Source: Candidatus Thalassarchaeaceae archaeon
GTDB lineage: Archaea; Thermoplasmatota; Poseidoniia; MGIII; CG-Epi1
Reading direction: 5' to 3'
Length of the DNA: 49,639 nucleotides
NCBI GenBank assembly: GCA_963578705.1
Contig: CAUZDT010000003.1
Span: 1-49,639, forward strand
The notes below the pieces were generated by a model. The model made no database searches and was not told where the DNA came from. It saw nothing but the letters and a program-made list of their open reading frames with translations. The position numbers and the translations under genes are program-made. Positions 35,465-43,613 of this stretch are shown piece by piece (the stretch's first letter is position 1; each line of letters begins with the position of its first letter).

Positions 35465-38400
35465 TTAGCGGCGACGCCGCCGCAAGGCGACGCCACCGAG
35501 CAGCATGAGCGCGGCCAGCAGCGAGGGCGCCGGCAGTCCGCCCCCCCCGTCATCGGTCGGCGGCGGGGCGTCCGACTCACTCACGGTCACGGTCACCGTC
35601 AGTTGTTGCGCAGTTCCCGGCTCGCCAACGACCTCCGCCGTCAGCGTGAAGGCGTAGCTGCCACCCGCGGCCAGTTTATGGTTGTTAATCACCAGTGCGC
35701 CCCAGTCCATCTGCCCTCCGGGCGCCAGCTGCAGCGGGTAGTCGGCCGTGTCGGGGTCGAGTCGCACATACCAGCGGTTGCCGCCGCCGTCGGTGAAGCC
35801 TACCTGCCAGTCGGTCGACCCCGACGGGAGCGTCAGCTCCAGACCGATTTCGGCGTCGCCGTTGCCGTTGTTGGTAACGCGGAAACCGTAGGCGCCGGTC
35901 TGGATTTCGCCCTGCTCAACCGCGGCCTCCAGCGCCCGCTGTGAGAGGCAGTCGCCTGACGGCATCGTGAAGCAGAGCTCGAGTGAGTGCGTCTCGGTAA
36001 CCGGCACCTCGACCTCGAGCGTCAGCGTCCGCCGCTGGTCGGTCTGGCCGTCGTCGGCGGTGGCGATGACGCCCAGCCGGTATTCGCCCAGCGCAGCGCC
36101 AGTCGGGACCGCGACGGTCACGGCGATAGTGGTTTCCTGCTCGGGGTCGAGCGTGACCTCGGCCGGCGCGGCCGACGCCCAGTCGGCGGCCGCGTCACCA
36201 AAGCTGATGGTGAACGTATCGGCCGAGTTACCGCGGTTCTCGAGCGAGAAGTTGAAGCTGGCACTTTCGCCCGGCCCGACCGACACGCGCGTCGGCTCGT
36301 CGGTCACGAGCCGGAATTGCAGTTCGTGCTGCCGTCCGACGACGTCGATGGTCAGCGCCTGCTCGTCGCTGGCGCTGTCGTCGCCCTGCGAGGTGGCGCG
36401 CACGCCTAGGTCGTAGCGGTCGTCGAGCACGTCGTCGGGCACCGCGAGGCTGCCGTCAATCTCGATGGATTCACCCGCCGCGAGGCTCACCTGCGAGGCG
36501 GCGAAGCTGACCCATTCGGGGTGGTCGCCGACCGCTTCGAGGTTGAAGGTATCGCTGGCGTCACCGTCGTTGGTCACGGTCACGCTGAAGTCAGCTGATT
36601 TTCCCGCCACCAGTTCAATGTATTGCGGCTCCAGCTCGAGGCTGACGCCATACTGGGTGGGGTCGTCGGTGACGACCGCAGTCAGTTCCTGCGTGACGGT
36701 GATGTCGCCCGCGCGGACCTCGAGCACCAGCTGGTATTCGCCATTTTCCGCATTTTCGGGTAGCGCGACGTCGACATCGACGTCGCGCTCCGCGCCCGTC
36801 TTGAGCGTAGCGGCGTTAATATGCAGCTCGCCCCAGTCGGCTGCCGCGCCCGAGAGTGAGAGAGTCAGCTTGTCGCGGCCGGTTGCGTCGTTGCGCAGCG
36901 TCACCTTGAAAGTGAGTGTCTGCCCCGGCTCGCCTTCCTTGCTGTCGCTGACCGTCGAGACCGCCGGGGCGTGGAGCATGACTGCCTCAAAATCCGCCTC
37001 GCGCCGGTCGTTCTTCGTATTCTCGTCGCCCGCCAGCTCGGTCTCGACGCCGATGACGTATTCGCCGGTCGGCCCGCCATCCTCCCAGCTCCACGTTAGC
37101 TCGACCTCGTCGCCCGCGGCGAGGAAGCCAACCGTTTGCGTGTCACTCCAGATGACGTCGCCGTCCAGCAGCGCCTGCGCGCGGACGGTGAAGCTGGACT
37201 GGTCCTCGGAGCCGTAGTTGCGGATAGTGCTGCTGAACTCGACCGTCGTGTTCTCGTCGCCCTCCGACGGGACGTCCAACAGCCGCGTGCCGACGTCGTG
37301 CGCCGCCGCGGCGGTGAAGAGCCAGCCGAGCACCCGCTCGACGATATCGGAGCGCTCGCGTTCGTCGTCGAGGAAAGCGAAGGTAAAGGGGCTCAGCACC
37401 AGCTGGTAGTCGCCTTCGTAGCGCAGCGTCAGGTTGTAGCCCGACGACGCGCCGAAAACCCAGTTGTCGCCGCCCGACTCGAGGTCATCGCTGAAGAGGA
37501 CCCCACTCGCGTCCTGCAACTCGACATCGTCAACGTACCATCCCTCGTATTGGCTGGCACTCGCATCACTTCCAAAGCGGAACTTGAATGTTACCTCCTC
37601 ATTTGCGTACTCGCTAAGACTGAACGAGGTAGATACCCAGCCGTCCGAGCTGCCAGTGTAGCCTGGTTCGTTATCCAGACCAATTACCGAGTCATCTGGA
37701 TACTCCTCGGTCGGGTTGATGACCTCCCAAGTCTCGCCTCTATCAGTGGAGATCTGCACATTGCCTCCGTCGTAGCCGTTCTCGGTCGAATACCAGTTCT
37801 GGAAGCTGAGCTGCCCGCTCTCGCCCAGTTCGTAGGACTCGCGCGTCAGCAATACCTCGTCCCAGTTATCATCATACTCGCCGGTGTCCTTGTCACCGTC
37901 ACCGGCCCAGAGGGCATGTGTCGGGCTGCTCGCCTCGCGTTCCGGGTCACCAGTGGCGCTCGAGTTGTCGGAGATGTGCCACCAGCTCCCTGCGTCGGCG
38001 TAGATACCACCGGTTGCGATTGAACGCGGAATAACCCAGTCGGAGTAGGAGCTGGAGTAGATGGTGCGGTCGGAGCTGCTGAATTCCGCCCCGTCGAATA
38101 TATCGTCGTCGCTGACGCCAATCAGCGGGTCGGGCGTCTCGCGGTCGTTGTCGATGCGCGCGACCATCAGGTAATCGTATTCGAAGTCGCCCGGGCCGCG
38201 GTTGCCGTCGCTGCTGTTGAGTGCGGTGAGGTAGTTCGAACCGAGCAGCCAGAGGCCGCGGTCGCCAGCGTCTAGGTAGCCCGCGACGGTGTCGCGCCAC
38301 GCCTCAAGGTCCCGCTGGTGGTGCTCGCCCTGCGTCCAGATCACGATGTCATACTGCGTTAGCAGCTCGACCGCCGGGTACGGAGCCAGCTCGCCATAGT

Positions 38401-41400
38401 CGCCGGTTGAGCTGTCGTAGGGGAGCGTGTGTACGTCGTAGCCCCGCGCCTCGCCCTCGCCGAAGTAGTCCTGCAGTGCCAGCTTGAGACGTTGGTCAAT
38501 TTCATCGGTCTGGTAGTAGTGGTTGTAGCCGTTGTTATGCCCGAAGTTGGCGTCGACCAGCAACACGCTGTCGCCCTCCGCGCCCTCGCGGTAGTCGGCG
38601 GTGCCAGTTATCTCCTCCGAGTCGCGAGCTGCGGAATCGTCTTGGCTGGTGACACGGACGGTGAAGTCGCGGCTGGCGCCGGTCGGCTCCTGTGTTGGGG
38701 CGATGACCGTGACCGTGAAGTCGGTCGAGCCGCCCGCCGCGATGTAGATGACCTCGTTGAGCGGAATCGCATACCAGCCGTCGCCGCTGCCGGCAGCGGC
38801 GACGTCGTAGTAGCCGCCCTCGTCGCCCTCGTTGGTGGCGGTGAAGTTGAAGAAGGTCGCTTCGCCCGAGAGGACATCCTTGACCGCCTCCTCGACCGCT
38901 AGCGCGACCGCCCAGGCGGATTCACGAATGTCGATGACCTGCTCCTCGCCGTCGTTCCCGGGCCGCTCGTCGTCGTCGAGCAGGCTCTGCGCACGAATGG
39001 TGTAGCTGCCGTTGTCGCCCCCTTGCCAGGTCCAGTCGAGCGTCGTGTTCTCGTCCGAGTCAAGCTGCGCGATGGTGCGGGTCTGGTTGTAGACTTCGTT
39101 GCCGTCGCTGTCGCGCGTGACCGTCGCGCGCACGTCGATATTCGTCTGGTCGTTGGCGCCGAAGTTGAAGATATCTGCGCTGAAGTCGACCGCCTCGCCC
39201 GGCCCCGCCTCGTCGGGCGCGTCGATATCGCGCACGCCAACATCGTCCTGCAACTGTGGTAGGCTGAAGACGGTGAAATCGTCGATGTAGAGCCCCTCCA
39301 GCTGCGACCAGGTGTCGGAGGTGAAGCGCAGCCGCAGCGTCACTTCGTCGCTGTAGTCCGAAAGGTCGCTCTCGAGGTAGAGCCAGCCGTCGCTGTCCGC
39401 CTCGTCGTAGTCGCGCGAGTAGTCTCCGTCGTCGTTCGGGCCGCTCTCGAGCAGCTCCCACTTGCCAGAGACGTTGATTTCAAGGTAGTAATCGTCGCCG
39501 GGCCCGTCGACCGCGAACCACGCCAGCAGCGCGACGCCCTTCTCGGAGCCGTCGCCAAGGTCAATCGTCGGCGACTCGAGCGAATCGTTCAGCCCGGCAC
39601 TGTAAGTTCCACTGTCCCGGTCGCCCAGCCACCAGGCGTGGCTGCCGGAGACCGCGCGGCCGTCGTCCAGCGACCATTCGCTGCTCTCGCCCGAGAAGTT
39701 CCAGTTGCCGTCTCCCGATTCGAGGTTGTCGCTGAAGAGGCTGCCGCTGCTGTCGCTAACTTCGACGTCGTCAAGGTACCAGCCTTCGTAGGTGTTGACC
39801 GACACGTCGGTCCCGAAGCGGAAGCGGAAGCGGACGTCCTCGCCCGAGAAGTTGGCGAGGTTGAAGGTCGCCTGCTGCCAGCCGCTCGAGGAGGCGGTGA
39901 AGCCCGGCTCGTTATCGAGGGCGACAATTGCGTCGTCGGGATAGCCGCCTTCGGGGTGGATGACGGTCCACGACTCACCGTCGTCGCTCGTGAGCTGGAC
40001 GTTGCCACCGTCCCAGCTCGTTTCGGTCGAATACCAGTGCTGGATTACCAACTCCCCGTCGCCGCCGAGCGATATCTCGTCGGCGGTGTAGACCGAGTAA
40101 TCCCAGTTGTCGCGATATTCCCCGTTGCCCTTGGTCTCGTCGCCAATCCAGAGCGAGTGGGTCGGACTGTTCGCCTCGCGGTTGGTGTCGGTGCTGTTAT
40201 CGACCAGGTGCCACGCGTTGGAAATGGGGCGGTAATCGCTCCAGCCATTGCGCCCCGACTCGAAGCTGTCGCGGAACTCGATGTCGACCGCGCGCAATTT
40301 CCCCTCAGCTACATCGTCGCTGGCGTCCTCGTCTGCCTGCTCGAGTTCAGCGCGGAAAGTGAAGGTGCCGTATTCATCGGAGGTCCAGTCCCATTCGAGG
40401 GTGGTGTTCTCGCCCGGCCCCAGCGTCACTTCCTGCGTGTCGCCATCCCAGAGTTCCTCGTCGCCCTCGAAGACCAGCGCGCGTACGTCGCGAGTCAGCG
40501 TTACATCGCCGGGGTTGGTGACCCGCACGGCGAGGGTCCGCTCCTCGTCGGGCTCGCCCAGTCGCGGCGTCACGCGGGCGGCCTCGAGCGCGAGGTTGTG
40601 CAGCACGTAGGTGTCAACCGTGATGCTGCGCTTGTCGTTGCTGCGCTTCTCGTCGGTCGAAATGTATGCCTCTGCTTCGATATCGTAGACGTAGTCCTCG
40701 TCGTCGGGGATGTTCCAGTTGAAAGTCACGGTCGCGGTCGCGCCCGCCGCCAGCGACGCGATGGTCTTCGAATCGGTGTGGTCGTTGGCGCTGGTGTTGC
40801 GACAGTCGATGTCGAGGTTCACCTGCACGTTGGTCTCGTCCTCACCGCCGCGGTTGCGCACGGTGACGTTGATGACCTGCGTCGCGCCGGGCTCGACGGT
40901 AGCACCATCGGACGGCGAGTTGAATTTGTTCAGCGCGACATCATGGTCCAGCTCCTCGAGCAGGTATTCGACGATGCGGTCGGCCAAGTCGCCCCGGTCG
41001 CCAGCGCTAGCGATGTAGGCGAACTCGAAGGCGAGGAACACCAGCCCGTAATCCTCTTCGGTGCGCAGCGCCGACCAGAGGGTGCCGCTGGTGGTGTTGA
41101 ATATTCCGTAAAAGTCGCTGCGCGGCGCGAGGTCGTCGCCGTAGTCGTAGAAGAGCGTGTCGTTGGTGCCATAGTCCGCCCCGGCGGTGACGGGGTCATC
41201 CTCGACGCCTACGACCGGGTTGGCGGTGCCGTTGTCGTGGTCAACGTAGCCCACGCCGAGGTAGTCGTATTCCCAGGTGCCTTCGGAACGCGAGCCGGTA
41301 GCACTGTTGAGGTCCCAGAGGATGTCATGTCCCGTAACCCAGGCCGCACCCCCGTCGTCGAGGTATTCGCCCAGGGCGTCCTGGTCGTTGGCCGTAAAGG

Positions 41401-42007
41401 TAGTGGAGAGGTCTGCCCCGACAAACCAGACCACGAGGCCGTAGTTGGCGAGTGTGTCGGCGTCGGGACCGTCGCTGCCGCTGTCGACCCGCAGCAGGTC
41501 GTAGGCGATATCGAGCGTATCGAGCGCGTCGGTGTAGTAGCCGTCCACGTCGGTCCGCGTGCCGCCGTTGTTGTCGCCGCCATCGTCGTCAATCACGACA
41601 ATCGACGGATATGCAACCGTGATGGATTCGGTGCGCTGGTTGTTGTTCTCGTTGGATTCCTGCACGTTGTCTTCTTCGTCGACGATAACGGTGATATTGT
41701 GGGTGCCGCCAACCGCGTCCCACTCGGCGCTCGCGTCAGCCGACTGGCCGCCCGGAATCGTAATGGAATCCTGCCCGATGTAGTTGGAATCCCAGTAGAA
41801 GCTGACGTTTGTCGTCACCGACTGTAGCCCGGTCGCGCCGCCGTCGTTGGTCACCTCGGCGCTAATCATGATTTCGTCGCCGCCGGTGGGGGAATCGTTG
41901 CTGAAGCTGATATCATCGACCGTCAGGTCGGGGTCGTTCTCGTCGGCCAGCACGGGTGGCAGCAGCATCAGGAGTGCCAGCAGGAGGGTTACGGGCTTGC
42001 GGGACAT
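35465..42007 (-). CDS. Giant acidic secreted surface protein (~2,180 aa): CARDB/Ig-like repeats, two Rossmann-like domains, jelly-roll modules, C-terminal anchor
   Basis: Signal peptide MSRKPVTLLL...VLA; DLTVDDISFS...ESNENNN CARDB pattern; repeated TNxGxxxD Ig modules; tail GGGGLPAPS-hydrophobic-RRRRR. Confidence 0.88.
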   Translation of the reverse strand: MSRKPVTLLLALLMLLPPVLADENDPDLTVDDISFSNDSPTGGDEIMISAEVTNDGGATGLQSVTTNVSFYWDSNYIGQDSITIPGGQSADASAEWDAVGGTHNITVIVDEEDNVQESNENNNQRTESITVAYPSIVVIDDDGGDNNGGTRTDVDGYYTDALDTLDIAYDLLRVDSGSDGPDADTLANYGLVVWFVGADLSTTFTANDQDALGEYLDDGGAAWVTGHDILWDLNSATGSRSEGTWEYDYLGVGYVDHDNGTANPVVGVEDDPVTAGADYGTNDTLFYDYGDDLAPRSDFYGIFNTTSGTLWSALRTEEDYGLVFLAFEFAYIASAGDRGDLADRIVEYLLEELDHDVALNKFNSPSDGATVEPGATQVINVTVRNRGGEDETNVQVNLDIDCRNTSANDHTDSKTIASLAAGATATVTFNWNIPDDEDYVYDIEAEAYISTDEKRSNDKRSITVDTYVLHNLALEAARVTPRLGEPDEERTLAVRVTNPGDVTLTRDVRALVFEGDEELWDGDTQEVTLGPGENTTLEWDWTSDEYGTFTFRAELEQADEDASDDVAEGKLRAVDIEFRDSFESGRNGWSDYRPISNAWHLVDNSTDTNREANSPTHSLWIGDETKGNGEYRDNWDYSVYTADEISLGGDGELVIQHWYSTETSWDGGNVQLTSDDGESWTVIHPEGGYPDDAIVALDNEPGFTASSSGWQQATFNLANFSGEDVRFRFRFGTDVSVNTYEGWYLDDVEVSDSSGSLFSDNLESGDGNWNFSGESSEWSLDDGRAVSGSHAWWLGDRDSGTYSAGLNDSLESPTIDLGDGSEKGVALLAWFAVDGPGDDYYLEINVSGKWELLESGPNDDGDYSRDYDEADSDGWLYLESDLSDYSDEVTLRLRFTSDTWSQLEGLYIDDFTVFSLPQLQDDVGVRDIDAPDEAGPGEAVDFSADIFNFGANDQTNIDVRATVTRDSDGNEVYNQTRTIAQLDSDENTTLDWTWQGGDNGSYTIRAQSLLDDDERPGNDGEEQVIDIRESAWAVALAVEEAVKDVLSGEATFFNFTATNEGDEGGYYDVAAAGSGDGWYAIPLNEVIYIAAGGSTDFTVTVIAPTQEPTGASRDFTVRVTSQDDSAARDSEEITGTADYREGAEGDSVLLVDANFGHNNGYNHYYQTDEIDQRLKLALQDYFGEGEARGYDVHTLPYDSSTGDYGELAPYPAVELLTQYDIVIWTQGEHHQRDLEAWRDTVAGYLDAGDRGLWLLGSNYLTALNSSDGNRGPGDFEYDYLMVARIDNDRETPDPLIGVSDDDIFDGAEFSSSDRTIYSSSYSDWVIPRSIATGGIYADAGSWWHISDNSSATGDPEREASSPTHALWAGDGDKDTGEYDDNWDEVLLTRESYELGESGQLSFQNWYSTENGYDGGNVQISTDRGETWEVINPTEEYPDDSVIGLDNEPGYTGSSDGWVSTSFSLSEYANEEVTFKFRFGSDASASQYEGWYVDDVELQDASGVLFSDDLESGGDNWVFGASSGYNLTLRYEGDYQLVLSPFTFAFLDDERERSDIVERVLGWLFTAAAAHDVGTRLLDVPSEGDENTTVEFSSTIRNYGSEDQSSFTVRAQALLDGDVIWSDTQTVGFLAAGDEVELTWSWEDGGPTGEYVIGVETELAGDENTKNDRREADFEAVMLHAPAVSTVSDSKEGEPGQTLTFKVTLRNDATGRDKLTLSLSGAAADWGELHINAATLKTGAERDVDVDVALPENAENGEYQLVLEVRAGDITVTQELTAVVTDDPTQYGVSLELEPQYIELVAGKSADFSVTVTNDGDASDTFNLEAVGDHPEWVSFAASQVSLAAGESIEIDGSLAVPDDVLDDRYDLGVRATSQGDDSASDEQALTIDVVGRQHELQFRLVTDEPTRVSVGPGESASFNFSLENRGNSADTFTISFGDAAADWASAAPAEVTLDPEQETTIAVTVAVPTGAALGEYRLGVIATADDGQTDQRRTLTLEVEVPVTETHSLELCFTMPSGDCLSQRALEAAVEQGEIQTGAYGFRVTNNGNGDAEIGLELTLPSGSTDWQVGFTDGGGNRWYVRLDPDTADYPLQLAPGGQMDWGALVINNHKLAAGGSYAFTLTAEVVGEPGTAQQLTVTVTVSESDAPPPTDDGGGGLPAPSLLAALMLLGGVALRRRRR

Positions 42008-42046
42008 GCTTCGGGGTGGGGATTCCCGCACGGTATAAAGCTGCCC

Positions 42047-42511
42047 TCAGCCGCGCCGCCAGCGCTGCAACCGCAGCACCGGCTCGTCGGGGTGCGGTTC
42101 GGCCGCGCCAGCGACCCACCCGTCGGGGATGGGGGGGAAGAGCACGCTCTCCTCGACCGGCACCACGTCGGGCACCAGCACCAGGTCGATGCAGTCGGCG
42201 ACGCCCAGCGCTTCGGCGTAGAGCCGCGCACCGCCGATGAAGAACAGCTCCCCATCGGTGGCCGCCAGCGCCTTCGCGAGCGTCGCGAAGCACTCCACGC
42301 CGTCGAGCGGGTACGAGGTGAGCACCAGGTTGCGCCGCCCGGGGAGCGGCTTGCGCGGCAGCGATTCCCAGGTGCGGCGCCCCATGATTATCGTGTGACC
42401 AAGCGTCAGCCGCTTGAACCGCCGCAGGTCGCCTGAATAATGCCACGGGATCCCGCCGTCGCGGCCGATGACCCAATCGGGCGAGACCGCCGCCAGGATG
42501 GTCCCACTCAC
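42047..42511 (-). CDS. folA: Dihydrofolate reductase
   Basis: VIGRDGGIPW..SGDLRRFK, IMGRRTWESL..KPLPGRRNLVLT, IGGARLY; GTG overlaps the thyA stop. Confidence 0.93.
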   Translation of the reverse strand: MSGTILAAVSPDWVIGRDGGIPWHYSGDLRRFKRLTLGHTIIMGRRTWESLPRKPLPGRRNLVLTSYPLDGVECFATLAKALAATDGELFFIGGARLYAEALGVADCIDLVLVPDVVPVEESVLFPPIPDGWVAGAAEPHPDEPVLRLQRWRRG

Positions 42512-43386
42512 ACCGCGACCTTGAAGGAAATCGCCGGCTGCGGGTCGTAGCCGTTGAGCTGGAACGCGGAGAGGATGGTCTCGAGGTCGGCGTCGCAAAG
42601 CGCCAGCACGTCGCCCAGCGTTTTGAGGTCGGGGCTGATAGCGAGCCGCGGCAGCTGCCGCGGCTCGCGCTGCAACTGCTCGTGCAAGCCGGGAATGTGG
42701 TTGTATTCGGCCATCGAGCCGTCCGGCTTGGCAGTATAGATGTGCGCGTCAACCAGCGAATGACCGAAGGTGCCGGCCCGCATCCCCGCCAGATGCGCGA
42801 AGAGCGAGAGCAGGAAGGCGTAGCCGGCGATGTTGTACGGCACTCCCAGGGCAACGTCGCAGCTGCGCTGCGTGAGGTGCAGGCAGAGGCGCGGCTCGCC
42901 GTCCGGGGAATACTGGACGTTGAAGATGAACATCAGGTGGCAGGGCGGCAGCTGGCTCTGCTGCGCGTTGCCGGGCGCCCAGGCCGAGATTACCATGCGG
43001 CGACTCGCGGGGTTTTCGCGCAGCGTCCGCAGCACGTAGCGCACCTGGTCGTTGAACCCCGTCTCCCCTTCGGCGGGGACCGGGAAATGGCGCCAGAAAT
43101 TACCGTAGGCGCTCGGCACAAAACCCTCCGCGTCGGCCCACGGGTCCCAGAACTTGCAGCCATGCTTCTGGAGCAGCCCGATGTGCCGGTCGCCCGAGAG
43201 GAACCAGAGATTCTCGACGACGATATTCTTCCACGAAATCTCCTTAGTCGTCAACAGCGGGAACCCTTCCGCTAGGTCGATGGCGTAGTTGACGTTGAAG
43301 GCTGAGATGGTGTCGACGCCGGTCCGGTTCTGCTTACGCGTTCCGCGATCGAGGACCTCCTCAACCAGCTCTAGGTACTGCTTCAC
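42508..43386 (-). CDS. thyA: Thymidylate synthase ThyA
   Basis: NRTGV, FPLLTTK, SRR, LPPCH, QRSCDV..GVPYN, DAHIY, C-terminal VAV. Confidence 0.96.
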   Translation of the reverse strand: MKQYLELVEEVLDRGTRKQNRTGVDTISAFNVNYAIDLAEGFPLLTTKEISWKNIVVENLWFLSGDRHIGLLQKHGCKFWDPWADAEGFVPSAYGNFWRHFPVPAEGETGFNDQVRYVLRTLRENPASRRMVISAWAPGNAQQSQLPPCHLMFIFNVQYSPDGEPRLCLHLTQRSCDVALGVPYNIAGYAFLLSLFAHLAGMRAGTFGHSLVDAHIYTAKPDGSMAEYNHIPGLHEQLQREPRQLPRLAISPDLKTLGDVLALCDADLETILSAFQLNGYDPQPAISFKVAV

Positions 43387-43464
43387 GCCGGCCTATTTCG
43401 CCGTGGGGTTAAGGTGTTGGGGCAAATTCGAAACTGATAAATAGATATCAAGGCAGGGGGCAGT

Positions 43465-43593
43465 ATGCCCTTCAGAATCGTAGATCACGAGAGCGGTAAA
43501 ATCATACTTGAGTCGCCCCACGTTTCGGACCTGATTGAGTATATTGACAAGCACGCCGAGAATTACGAGGTCAAGGACCTCACGATTTCCTGA
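43465..43593 (+). CDS. Putative small protein, 42 aa (MPFRIVDHESGKIILESPHVSDLIEYIDKHAENYEVKDLTIS)
   Basis: ATG preceded by AGGGGG and an AT-rich ATAAATAGATA box; protein-like composition; fits between thyA and the aglB stop without overlap. Confidence 0.6.
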   Translation: MPFRIVDHESGKIILESPHVSDLIEYIDKHAENYEVKDLTIS

Positions 43594-43613
43594 AACGGTT
43601 CCCGAACGGTAGT

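Noticed and set aside
39638-41827. 729-aa plus-strand ORF and other long antisense ORFs (46935-48443, 21237-22535, 26407-27627, 7335-8387)
   Set aside because: Antisense shadows of well-supported genes in GC-rich DNA; no recognisable motifs
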